Notes: generated by a model not told the origin, from the sequence alone. Positions 49,649 through 59,092 are shown, counted from the first letter of the stretch. The stretch is DNA of 64,000 bases from a virus (IMGVR_UViG_3300010998_000002:1-64000), one strand, 5' to 3'. Program-made: numbers and translations.

Positions 49649-49915
49649 CTATCCTTCTTTCTTCATTTTCTGCTCTCTTGCAATTTCTCTTGCTCGTTGT
49701 TCAACACATTGCTTACAAAACCAAAATTCTGCCCCTGTATTTTTATCAACATGCTTCATAAGATTATAAACATTGCCACATTTTTGACATCTAATTTGTC
49801 GTGGAATTGGTCTATATTTTGCACTTCTATAAGGTTTTGTGCCTTTTTCATATTTATCAATAGCCTTTTCTTCCATTTCGGCTATTTGTTCTTTATCTAA
49901 TTTCTTTTCTTCCAT
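49649..49915 (-). CDS. small zinc-ribbon protein
   Basis: CQKC and CKQC. Confidence 0.7.
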   Translation of the reverse strand: MEEKKLDKEQIAEMEEKAIDKYEKGTKPYRSAKYRPIPRQIRCQKCGNVYNLMKHVDKNTGAEFWFCKQCVEQRAREIAREQKMKKEG

Positions 49916-49972
49916 AACTCTCTCCTATGCCATAATTATACTACAAATTAATATATAATGTCAATAGTATAA

Positions 49973-50563
49973 TTATAACCTATTCAAATCATCTCTGGTA
50001 ATTCTATCACCATCTTTAAAACCTAATTCTAATAATCTTTGCGCCATTTTTTCACTTTCATGAGTATTATCTGCATCATATCTTTCACTATGATAATCAC
50101 AAAAAGTTATTTTAACTTCGGCTTTCCAACTGTTTGATAATAATGATTCTAATTCATTTTTATATCTAGCATCAGAAATACAAATATTATTATAACCCAT
50201 AGATATTGCACGTTCTATTTTTGCTTGATGTTGCTTTACCCAAAAATCAGGGTCTATTTCACGCATAGTTGCACCAATTCTTTGTAATAATAAACGACCA
50301 TTAATTTTACCATATCTCGGAACAAAAAACTTACCCTTTTTAAATAAATCATATTCTTCTGCATTTTCCGGTTGCCAATCCAACATTTTCCACACCATAT
50401 CTCTTAAACAATCGGCAAAATCAATTTGAATAAAATCTTCATTATCTATTAATTGTTGGCACGAATAACCCTTACCACTTCCCATTACTCCACAAAAAGC
50501 ATAAATCTTAACCAAATGAATACCTACCTTTCTTTTCCAATTTATTAACAAATCTCCAAACAT
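49973..50563 (-). CDS. deoxynucleoside monophosphate kinase
   Basis: GVMGSGK, FAD.LR, R.LLQ.IG, DPDFWV, ISDARY.NE, HESE; exact start uncertain. Confidence 0.85.
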   Translation of the reverse strand: MFGDLLINWKRKVGIHLVKIYAFCGVMGSGKGYSCQQLIDNEDFIQIDFADCLRDMVWKMLDWQPENAEEYDLFKKGKFFVPRYGKINGRLLLQRIGATMREIDPDFWVKQHQAKIERAISMGYNNICISDARYKNELESLLSNSWKAEVKITFCDYHSERYDADNTHESEKMAQRLLELGFKDGDRITRDDLNRL

Positions 50564-51198
50564 TCTCTTTCTCCTACCAAACTTAATAAAATTGCTTCGG
50601 CTATATTATCATCTTCTTTTTTGCAACCCTTACGAATTAAAAAATCTTCGGCATTTTTAAAATTATCTTTACAAAATTGAATACTTTGTATTTTAATTTC
50701 TTCTCGTTTTTCTTTTTGAGTTTTAGTTGTTAATTTATAATCAAATAATTTATGCCATTGAGTAGGTGAATATAACTTATACGATAACTCCAATATTGAA
50801 CATATAGTGGTATAAACACCTAAAGTCTGTGCATTTGCAAAAATAGCATCAATAGATGTCGCCAATCCAGATACTTGTCGTATTGGTTCTTCTATTATAA
50901 CCTCTTGGATATTATCCTTATATTGCAATAAAAAATCATATATCGCCTTATAGTTCCTAATGGCTCGTCTTTTTAACGCCTTTTTTTCTGCTTTTAATAT
51001 CTTGATTTTTGTCTTTGTTTTTTCTTGCGTTTCCAAAAACTTAATTTTAGCATCTATTAATTTTTCAGCATTTTTATCGTATTCTCTATCCGGATATTTG
51101 AATACATTTACAATTTTATCTCCACATGTAACAGCAACACAACCTGTAGTAGCCGTATCAATCCCTACCCGAAAAATCCTTTTATTTTCTTCGCACAT
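50545..51198 (-). CDS. RuvC-like Holliday junction resolvase
   Basis: VGIDTA, IIEE, P..W, DNIAEAIL. Confidence 0.75.
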   Translation of the reverse strand: MCEENKRIFRVGIDTATTGCVAVTCGDKIVNVFKYPDREYDKNAEKLIDAKIKFLETQEKTKTKIKILKAEKKALKRRAIRNYKAIYDFLLQYKDNIQEVIIEEPIRQVSGLATSIDAIFANAQTLGVYTTICSILELSYKLYSPTQWHKLFDYKLTTKTQKEKREEIKIQSIQFCKDNFKNAEDFLIRKGCKKEDDNIAEAILLSLVGERECLEIC

Positions 51199-51563
51199 TT
51201 ATTTTTAAAATTTCTCCAACCTTCTCGCACTTCGTACTTAAACACTACAACTGCATCTTGAATAGCATTTTTTAATTCAATCTTTGACATTTTTAAAGTA
51301 TTTTCAAACATTCTATAAAAAAGGTTTACATACTCCTCTATCTCACTAACCGTCATGGTTTCGGCTTCATACCCATAATAAGTTTTCAAATGCCACTTCT
51401 CTCTGTCAGAAATATGTAAACCATTTTCTATTTTATAAAAAAGTATTGATAAATACTCATAACTATCTATACCAACAAATTGTCGTATTAAATCAATTTT
51501 ATTATTTTGTTCTGCATCAAACGCTTCAATATATACCTTATTTTTCATTGGGCGCAACTCCAC
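51165..51563 (-). CDS. hypothetical protein
   Basis: coupled ORF; true start may be MKNKV. Confidence 0.6.
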   Translation of the reverse strand: MELRPMKNKVYIEAFDAEQNNKIDLIRQFVGIDSYEYLSILFYKIENGLHISDREKWHLKTYYGYEAETMTVSEIEEYVNLFYRMFENTLKMSKIELKNAIQDAVVVFKYEVREGWRNFKNKCAKKIKGFFG

Positions 51564-52977
51564 TAAACATTTGTTCTACAGTATCTTCCATTCTCGCTTG
51601 AACTTCCACGCTTTCTTTCAATCTTCCATCTTCAAATTCAAGCATAACATCTCGCATTAAATCTAAATCTCTATTTTTATCATTCGTGATAAACACTTTA
51701 CCAATCCATTCTGGGTGTTTTTCCCTAATGCTCGGAAAAATATCTGGCTTATATGTATGAATTATTTTATGAGATTCATTTGCCGGTACTTTAGAACCAG
51801 CCAAATCTTGCATTGTACCCCTAAATTCCTTTTGGTCTTTAAGTTGCTTTAAATATTGAAGTAACACTATAAAAGGAATTTTTGTATCTTTAGCACATCT
51901 TGTCCATTCTAAATATGCCTTTGCTACAACTTGCCAATCTTCTTGACCTTCTCCATCACCCATAACTTTTCCAGCATGGTCTATATAAACGCAAGCAATA
52001 CCACGTTTTAAATGTTCTTTTTTAACTGTTAATGCTATTTGCTTTGCCGTTAAATTTGAACTATCATCAATTAAAATTGGCAATGAATTTATAAATTTTG
52101 TAGCATCTGCCACACGTTGCAAGAATTTTTTGATTTCTTCTTCTGTTGGTTTAATACCCTTTTCAGTAAAATATAATCTTGGTCGTTTTAAATATTTAGC
52201 ATTAATTCCTGCTTGCATAGCAATTAAACGATTATAAATTTGCTCTTTTGTCATTTCTAACGAAAAGAAAATTATATATTTCTTAATATTATTAGCCTTT
52301 AACCACATAGCCATATTAAACATAATACTTAAAGAAAATTGTGTCTTGCATCCGCCATTCATACCGGCTAAAGTAATAACCTCTCCAGGACATGCGCCAT
52401 CTAATCCTGCATCTATCGTAGGATAGCCGAATGGAATACCTGTAATTTGATTAGGATTCATCATTTTTTCTAATATTGATTGTGTTACGGCTTTTGTATC
52501 AATATTAATAACGGAAAGTTTTGTTGTTGCTTGTAATCTATCCGATAATTCTAATGTTAAATCAGACAATTCACCCAAAATCATTTCTGGTGTTGCCATA
52601 TCCTTTGCTTTTTCTAAAAACCCTTCATAAAGATTAAGTGTTTTACGTTTAAAAGCAGATGTTCTAATGATTTGCGAATATTGCTTAACTTGTTTTTTTG
52701 TAACAAAAGTTCTACTATTAGCAAGTTTTCGCACCAACTCTGGTTCAATATCATAACCTAATGCACAAGCCTTATTCATAACCATAACATCGTCTGGCTC
52801 TACATCATCTTTATATAATTCAACAATACAATTATAAATTTGCCCAAATGCAGGAACGGAAAAATTAGCAGGATTTAATTCATCTATAACTTCAATAAGT
52901 TTGTCTGGCTTATATAATAATGAGCCTAGCAACATTTCTTCTGCCATTTTTGCATCTATATCTTTTTTTGCTACCAT
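51538..52977 (-). CDS. dnaB: DnaB-like replicative helicase
   Basis: N-terminal AEEMLLGSLL, GIPFGY..ID, Walker A GMNGGCKT, FFSLEM, IDH, KNR. Confidence 0.88.
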   Translation of the reverse strand: MVAKKDIDAKMAEEMLLGSLLYKPDKLIEVIDELNPANFSVPAFGQIYNCIVELYKDDVEPDDVMVMNKACALGYDIEPELVRKLANSRTFVTKKQVKQYSQIIRTSAFKRKTLNLYEGFLEKAKDMATPEMILGELSDLTLELSDRLQATTKLSVINIDTKAVTQSILEKMMNPNQITGIPFGYPTIDAGLDGACPGEVITLAGMNGGCKTQFSLSIMFNMAMWLKANNIKKYIIFFSLEMTKEQIYNRLIAMQAGINAKYLKRPRLYFTEKGIKPTEEEIKKFLQRVADATKFINSLPILIDDSSNLTAKQIALTVKKEHLKRGIACVYIDHAGKVMGDGEGQEDWQVVAKAYLEWTRCAKDTKIPFIVLLQYLKQLKDQKEFRGTMQDLAGSKVPANESHKIIHTYKPDIFPSIREKHPEWIGKVFITNDKNRDLDLMRDVMLEFEDGRLKESVEVQARMEDTVEQMFSGVAPNEK

Positions 52978-53040
52978 TAAAATATTCTCTCTTTCGTTAA
53001 TATAATCTTATCAAAATTTTTAAATAAAGTCAAGAGTAAA

Positions 53041-53068
53041 GAAAAATGCTAGGAAAAATCCTAGCATA
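53041..53068 (-). terminator. intrinsic terminator
   Basis: ATGCTAGGA-aaaa-TCCTAGCAT plus T-tract. Confidence 0.75.
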
Positions 53069-53096
53069 ATAATCTCACTCTATACTATCAACCATT

Positions 53097-53810
53097 CTAA
53101 AATGGTATTTCTTCTGACACTTCCGCATCAACTTTTTTCTTTCTTCCTGCCTTTGCCTTTGTAGCCTTTTCTCCATCATCCACCGATGTTTCTTCCGTCT
53201 TTTTAACTTCTTCTACAATGGGATTATCAATTACAAAATTATTTTTTGCAATAACTTCTCGGCTTAATAATGTAGTAAATTGTGATACTATACTATGCGC
53301 TTCTTTAATATCACCAGCCTTACTATCTTCCTTTTCAAGAATTTTACTAACGGCTTTTAAGGCTTTAATTTTTGAATTACCCAACGATTCTAACACAACG
53401 CCATACAATGAATTATATCCGTTCATATATTCCCTACATTTTTCATTGGCTTCTTCTTGTGAAATTTTAACAACTTCACCATTTTTCAAAAATTCAATAG
53501 AATTAAAACAATTATTAAAGGCTTGATTTAACATTGCACCAATCATTTTAATTGTAGGATTATCAGATACTTTATAACCTTCAAAAAGATTAGTAAAACT
53601 ATCCGGCACTTCTACATTATAGTATTGTTTAGATTTCTTCAATGTAATTTTAGCACCTACACCGGAGAAAAATAAATATGCTACTTGATTTTTTAATGCA
53701 ATATAAATTGCTTCGGAGTTTTTGGTAATATCTGCATCATCCACCCAAATTTGGGCGAGAGGATTACCCTGTGCTGACACCGAAAACAGCATCTTTTTAA
53801 CTTCACACAT
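53097..53810 (-). CDS. hypothetical replication-associated protein with SSB-like C-terminal tail
   Basis: ends EVSEEIPF; lies between SSB-like gene and dnaB. Confidence 0.65.
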   Translation of the reverse strand: MCEVKKMLFSVSAQGNPLAQIWVDDADITKNSEAIYIALKNQVAYLFFSGVGAKITLKKSKQYYNVEVPDSFTNLFEGYKVSDNPTIKMIGAMLNQAFNNCFNSIEFLKNGEVVKISQEEANEKCREYMNGYNSLYGVVLESLGNSKIKALKAVSKILEKEDSKAGDIKEAHSIVSQFTTLLSREVIAKNNFVIDNPIVEEVKKTEETSVDDGEKATKAKAGRKKKVDAEVSEEIPF

Positions 53811-53813
53811 GAT

Positions 53814-54839
53814 TTACTCTCCCAAATTTAAGTCTGCCATATTCATATTAGCCAAAGCACTAAAATCAATTTCAGTATCAGCCGTTGCAGTTTCTTCTAC
53901 TTTAGTTTCTGCCTTCGGAGTTTCTTTAACTTCTTCTACTTTAGTTTCTTGTTTTACTTCTGCTTTTGGCTGTTCTGTTTTTACGGTTTCAGTTTTTGGA
54001 GCAGTTGTAGTTGCTACAGTAGTAATACCACCAAAAATATCACCTAGAGCATTAGCATCTACAGAATCCGGTGCTTCTTTAGTTCTTTTTGAACTTCCAC
54101 CTGTTCTACCAATACCTTTATCCCATGCAGTTTGGACAATTTCTATTTTTAACAAATTATATTTCAAAGAAATATCACCTGTATTATTATTTTTACTTCC
54201 AAAAGGTCTGATGGTAATATTAACTGTATCACCACTATTTACATATAAAGGTGTTTCTTGTTTTGTCTTTGGAGATACAAAAGATGTAACTTTTTCACCA
54301 TTTTCATATTTAAAGATTTCTGGTTCAACACCTTCACCTGTAAATTTATCAATAACTCTAAAATATTTAACTACCGGAATACCAATAGCCTTTTCAGCCT
54401 TATCAATTTTAGTAAATTTGTCTTTACCATCTTCATCTTTAGTCTTATCAAACATGCAAGTATTTGAAATTCTAATATCAAGATAATGTCTGCCGACATA
54501 TTTTTCCGGATATTTATTATTCAAAACATCTTTATCAGTAATAGCCTTAACAATACCTTTTACTACTTCAAGATTAGGATTGTGTACTTGTTCGGCTTTA
54601 AGATAATTTTGTCTAATTGCTCTATCTTTAGCCGGAAAATCGGTATCTGCCGGTAGCAAGATTTGAATATTATGTCCAAATTTTGCTTGTTTTGAACTTA
54701 AAGATGAATACAATACTTCACAATTTTCAATTGTAAAAACAGGAATTTTTAACAAATCCAAAGGATTTTCATAAGTTTCCTTTAAGGTAATAATATCATT
54801 TTCATATACTACCTTATTTTTTTCTTCTGTCGTAGTCAT
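53814..54839 (-). CDS. putative single-stranded DNA-binding protein (T7 gp2.5-like OB fold)
   Basis: VNSGDTVNITIRPF...GDISLKYNLLKIEIV pattern followed by long acidic low-complexity tail. Confidence 0.6.
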   Translation of the reverse strand: MTTTEEKNKVVYENDIITLKETYENPLDLLKIPVFTIENCEVLYSSLSSKQAKFGHNIQILLPADTDFPAKDRAIRQNYLKAEQVHNPNLEVVKGIVKAITDKDVLNNKYPEKYVGRHYLDIRISNTCMFDKTKDEDGKDKFTKIDKAEKAIGIPVVKYFRVIDKFTGEGVEPEIFKYENGEKVTSFVSPKTKQETPLYVNSGDTVNITIRPFGSKNNNTGDISLKYNLLKIEIVQTAWDKGIGRTGGSSKRTKEAPDSVDANALGDIFGGITTVATTTAPKTETVKTEQPKAEVKQETKVEEVKETPKAETKVEETATADTEIDFSALANMNMADLNLGE

Positions 54840-54940
54840 AAAAACTCTCCTCTTTTCTTTTATCTACTCATGGAATTAAAGCAATTCCAACAACACCAAT
54901 AGCATATCAAATTTTTAAGTAAATGTCAATACTAACATTT

Positions 54941-55192
54941 TATACACTCCGAAATATATGATTTCATAATACTTTTAACTTAATTTTATATTATTTAAGT
55001 TCATGAACTTTAAGTTAAAATTTTAAATTATATGAACTTAATTATTATACACTTCAATTTTATATTACTTTAAGTTTATATACTATACACTCCAGATATT
55101 GTATGAACTTTTATATACACTCCAATACATGAACTATAGGTATATATTATTTAAGTTCATGAACTTAAAATATTATATAATTGGAGTGTATA
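54941..55192. repeat. iteron-like repeat cluster, candidate replication origin
   Basis: TATACACT[C/T]C x4 plus one inverted copy; 24-nt repeat with palindrome AAGTTCATGAACTT x2; at the strand switch. Confidence 0.65.
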
Positions 55193-55240
55193 TATTAGCA
55201 TAATATAATAATACCCTTAATATATTAAAGACCTTATGAT

Positions 55241-55312
55241 ATTATACTCTTTTTTTTTAAAATGTCAAGAGTAATTTTTTATCTTGACTTATATAGAAAA
55301 ATTTGATAGTAT
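55241..55312. promoter_or_regulatory. back-to-back promoters
   Basis: minus TTGACA...TATAAT pointing into the repeats; plus TTGACT-17-TAGTAT with extended TG. Confidence 0.7.
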
Positions 55313-55317
55313 GTAAT

Positions 55318-55380
55318 AGGATAAGAAATGCAGATATACTGTCATAAAACTCCTTTCTAAATAGTATTTCTTATCCTTTT
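55318..55380 (+). ncRNA. candidate hairpin sRNA/leader with anti-SD loop
   Basis: 14-bp stem AGGATAAGAAATGC/GTATTTCTTATCCT; loop contains CTGTCATAAAACTCCTTTCT; followed by T-run. Confidence 0.45.
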
Positions 55381-55399
55381 AATGGGAGAATTTACATAA

Positions 55400-55987
55400 A
55401 TGATAACAGTTATTTCAGGGCCGGTCAAAGCAGGAAAAAGTAAAAGATTAATTGAATATTATGAACAATTAAAAGATTATGGTGCTATGGTATTTTCATC
55501 AAAATTTTCATTAACTCATGGTGAAGATGTTGTATCACGATATGGCACAAGTGTTAAAGCCATTCCGATAAATAGTTTATTTGATATACCTAGTCATATA
55601 CCATCAGATAAAAGTGTATTTCATATTTTGGTTGATGAATTTCAATTTTTACAAATGAGTACAGGTGAATTAAAAGCATTTTTTGATAAGTATTATTACT
55701 ATTATGACTTTTATTTATTCGGATTGAATAAAGATTATCGCCGTTATCCGTTTAAGTTAATGGGTAGTGCAATGGCTTTAGCCGATAATATTAAAATTAT
55801 TGGTGGATATTGTGATATTTGTGGACAAGAGCCTAGTAAATATTCATTAAGATTAGAAAACGATAAACCGGCAGATATTGACAAAGAAGGTCAAGTTATC
55901 CTACTTGACGGAGAATATGAAGATGTTAAAATAGATTATAAAAGCATTTGTGATGATTGTTGGAGAAAGATTTATAGAAAAGGTTAA
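55400..55987 (+). CDS. tdk: thymidine kinase
   Basis: GPVKAGKS, VSR.G, VDEFQF, GL..DY...PF, CDIC/CDDC zinc site. Confidence 0.9.
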   Translation: MITVISGPVKAGKSKRLIEYYEQLKDYGAMVFSSKFSLTHGEDVVSRYGTSVKAIPINSLFDIPSHIPSDKSVFHILVDEFQFLQMSTGELKAFFDKYYYYYDFYLFGLNKDYRRYPFKLMGSAMALADNIKIIGGYCDICGQEPSKYSLRLENDKPADIDKEGQVILLDGEYEDVKIDYKSICDDCWRKIYRKG

Positions 55988-55991
55988 TTAG

Positions 55992-57632
55992 ATGTTTTCA
56001 CACGAACAAATTGTTGATTTCAAAAATAAAGTTAATAAACGAGAATTTTATAGACAATTTTTAGAATTAAGACAAAGCGGTAAATTGTTATGGGCAGTAT
56101 GCCCATTTCATAACGACCATAGTCCTAGTATGTCTATTGATGAAGATACAGGAATTTTTAGATGTTGGTCTTGTGGTGCGCATGGTGATATTTTAGATTT
56201 CTATCAAAGATTAACAGGCAAATCATTGTCCGAATCAATAATGGATATTGCTAAAAGTCAAAATATAAAAATTGAAATATCGGAAGAATTACGCAAAGAA
56301 TTAGAGTTAAAACGTGCATTATATTTGCTTAATGATAACATTGCAAATTTGTATCAACGAGCATTGGCGCAAAATAAAGAAGGGCAACAGTATTTAATCT
56401 CTCGTAATTTTTCACTTGATATAATCAAACAGTTTAGAATTGGTTATATTCCATCATTACCACTAAAGGATTTGGGCGAACAATTTATACCACTTCTTAA
56501 AACTGCGCAACTTGTTAATGTAAATGAAGATGGAAGTGTTTATAATTATTTTGGTACTCATAGAATTTCTATACCATTTTTTGATGAATACGGACATATT
56601 GTCGGATTTTCTTCAAGAACAACTGATAATCGTTATCAACCAAAATATTTACATTCACGAACAAGTAAACTGTTTCAAAAAAGTGAATTACTTTATGCTT
56701 ATAATTTTGCAAAAGAAAAAATTAAAGAAACAAAATCAGTAATTATTACAGAAGGACAAATAGATTGTATTAGATGCCATCAATACGGCATAACAAATAC
56801 TATTGCTACTTGTGGTTTGGCTTTATCAGACAAACAATTAAAATTATTAAAAACTTATGTTAAAAATTATTATATTATAGTTGAAGATAAAGCCGGTGAA
56901 AATATGGTTGATAAATATTATGATGTTATATCAACAAGTAATTATTGGGCGAATATTAAAATTATTCGTTTATATGAAGGTGATGAAAAATGTGATGCTG
57001 ATGAATTTTTACAGAAATATGGTAAAGGTGCATTTTTAGATAAGATTAAACATGCTAAACCATACCATGAATATAAACTTATTGATTCATTAAAAAATAT
57101 TAATTATAAAACCATTGAAGAAAAAAAGTTTCATATTTATAATAATAGAAAATATATTGCTAAAATTACACATCCGGTAGATAAAAAACAGTATATTGAA
57201 TTACTAGCAGAAAAATTAGAATTACCGGAAAATGATGTACGAAAGATTATTGCTAGGTCAGAATCTACCGATAATGATATTAAAATTGGAGATTATGATG
57301 ATAGGCGCACAACATCACAAAAATATATTTTAGCAACATTCTTTTCGGAATTTGGTGTGCAAACAGCATACGAAGTCATGCATAATAAATTAAAAATTTA
57401 TAATAGACTTGACAATAAATTCAGAAAAATATATAATAAAATAGTAGATGTCATTTTACTATACGGAGCAAATGCAGATATTATAAATGCAGTTCATAGT
57501 TTAGATATTATGACACAAGAGGAATTATCTATACTAGATGATGCCTATTTTAAGAGAGATGAATTTAATTATCTTGAAGATGAAGAAGAATTAGCACTTT
57601 TTCTCAAAGACCAAATAGAAAATTTAAGGTAA
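55992..57632 (+). CDS. dnaG: DNA primase
   Basis: CPFH...CWSC zinc finger, PKYLHS, EGQID TOPRIM, DADE. Confidence 0.95.
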   Translation: MFSHEQIVDFKNKVNKREFYRQFLELRQSGKLLWAVCPFHNDHSPSMSIDEDTGIFRCWSCGAHGDILDFYQRLTGKSLSESIMDIAKSQNIKIEISEELRKELELKRALYLLNDNIANLYQRALAQNKEGQQYLISRNFSLDIIKQFRIGYIPSLPLKDLGEQFIPLLKTAQLVNVNEDGSVYNYFGTHRISIPFFDEYGHIVGFSSRTTDNRYQPKYLHSRTSKLFQKSELLYAYNFAKEKIKETKSVIITEGQIDCIRCHQYGITNTIATCGLALSDKQLKLLKTYVKNYYIIVEDKAGENMVDKYYDVISTSNYWANIKIIRLYEGDEKCDADEFLQKYGKGAFLDKIKHAKPYHEYKLIDSLKNINYKTIEEKKFHIYNNRKYIAKITHPVDKKQYIELLAEKLELPENDVRKIIARSESTDNDIKIGDYDDRRTTSQKYILATFFSEFGVQTAYEVMHNKLKIYNRLDNKFRKIYNKIVDVILLYGANADIINAVHSLDIMTQEELSILDDAYFKRDEFNYLEDEEELALFLKDQIENLR

Positions 57633-57685
57633 AAAAATCTACTCTTGACTTTTAAAATTAAATATGATAATATAATAATGTTGAA
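57632..57685 (+). promoter_or_regulatory. stable-RNA-type promoter
   Basis: AAAAAATCTACTCTTGACT-17-TAATAT then AATAATGTTGAA; near-identical to the minus-strand promoter at 39186-39238. Confidence 0.75.
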
Positions 57686-57843
57686 CGATGACAAGTAATT
57701 CAGAAGTAATTGTAAAATGTAGTGAAGCAACCATTCAAACTAACTGCAAGTAGATTTTGAGTACCTGTGGATTTGACGAAGGACTACCTCTTTAGGCATA
57801 TAGAATGAACGAAGGTAATTAAGTAAACAATTTAGAACTTTGA

Positions 57844-58319
57844 AAATCAAATATTATAATGAGAATCTGTGCGAGAATAATCCTTTCTAGGGATAATCGG
57901 ATGCAAACAGAGTTTTGCAATAGACTTCATAGGCTTGTCAAAGCCGAATGTTTGTAGGTTATTTTGATGGAGATACCGTAACGCACACGTTGAATCGTAG
58001 AACGCTACTTTGAATTTATGGCTTATATGGCTGTATTGGATAAGAATGTCAGTATATTTGCTGGACTATCCTAGCGTATAGGATAGATTAGATTTTGAAC
58101 GTGGTACGCTTGCATAAGGCAGTTTGTAGTAAATGGCTATATTACATTCAGATGATGTCATAGAATGTGAGCATATAGGTAATCACTCCTACCGGCACTT
58201 TAAGTATTTTCTTGACGAAGAAAATATGGCTGATGGCGGAATAACGGCAAATGGCTATATCATCAAGATTTGTGGGTAACAGATAACTCCCATTAGATTC
58301 TCATTATAATATTTGATTT
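57844..58319 (+). ncRNA. candidate large structured ncRNA enclosed by a 25-bp terminal stem
   Basis: perfect inverted repeat 57844-57868/58295-58319, overlapping boxA-like AGAACTTTGAAAAT, many internal hairpins, no long ORF. Confidence 0.7.
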
Positions 58320-58342
58320 GATAGTTTTTTGAGAGGGTTAAA

Positions 58343-59092
58343 GTGGAAGTAAAATTAATAAGTTATAATGATAATATCATAGATATTATTCATACGGCTT
58401 GTCGTACTTGTTATTCAAAATTAACACCGATAGAAATCTATAATAAAGATACTTACGCTGGTGAAGAATTTGATATATCAATAGAACAAGTTAAAGAAGA
58501 TAGAATAAAAAAAATTGAACTTATTAAAAAAGTTATGAATAGTGGGCATTTAAGCACTACAGAACATGCTTATTTTACTTTCGCTATTGCCGGAGTATCA
58601 AGAGCATTATTGGCTCAAATCACAAGACATAGGCTTTGTAGTTTTTCTGTTCAAAGTCAAAGATATGTAGAAATTAAAGAAAACCTAGAAGATTTAATTG
58701 TATTAAATACTTGCGGTACTAAATATCAAAAAATAGAATTATTATCAAAATATTTTGTATTTAAAGATGATAATGATTTATTTATTGATAGTTGCTTAAA
58801 TGCTTTAATTCAATATCTTCAATTAACAAAAGAAGGATATAAAGCCGAAGATGCAAGAAATGTTTTACCAAATGCAACAAAAACAAATATTGTTTTATCT
58901 TGCAATTTAAGACAATTAATGCACATTTGTAATTTAAGATTATGTAAACATGCACAATTAGAAGTTAGAACTATGGTTGGTAAAATGAAAAATGAAGTTT
59001 TATCTAAACCGGAATGTGAATGGTTAAAGCCATATTTAGTTCCTAATTGTAAAAATTGTACTGATTTTAGAGATTGTAAGGAGATTAAGTAA
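58343..59092 (+). CDS. thyX: flavin-dependent thymidylate synthase
   Basis: GHLS..EH, SRA...Q..RHR..SFSVQSQRY, EDAR.VLP, LRLC.HAQ.E.R; GTG start after GAGAGGG. Confidence 0.95.
   Translation: MEVKLISYNDNIIDIIHTACRTCYSKLTPIEIYNKDTYAGEEFDISIEQVKEDRIKKIELIKKVMNSGHLSTTEHAYFTFAIAGVSRALLAQITRHRLCSFSVQSQRYVEIKENLEDLIVLNTCGTKYQKIELLSKYFVFKDDNDLFIDSCLNALIQYLQLTKEGYKAEDARNVLPNATKTNIVLSCNLRQLMHICNLRLCKHAQLEVRTMVGKMKNEVLSKPECEWLKPYLVPNCKNCTDFRDCKEIK

Noticed and set aside
42962-52977. Inteins in DnaE or DnaB
   Set aside because: Lengths are normal and no splice-junction or endonuclease motifs are seen.
53218-54486. Plus-strand ORFs 53218-53526 and 53722-54486
   Set aside because: Antisense shadows of the SSB-region genes; the same applies to the other short opposite-strand or out-of-frame nested ORFs in the track.
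54941-55192. CRISPR array
   Set aside because: Repeats are short, irregularly spaced and in both orientations, without uniform spacers.
57844-58319. tmRNA, RNase P RNA or MITE identity for the enclosed RNA
   Set aside because: No tRNA-Ala-like ends, no GAGGAAAGTCC-type P4 signature, and no convincing target-site duplication or transposase nearby.
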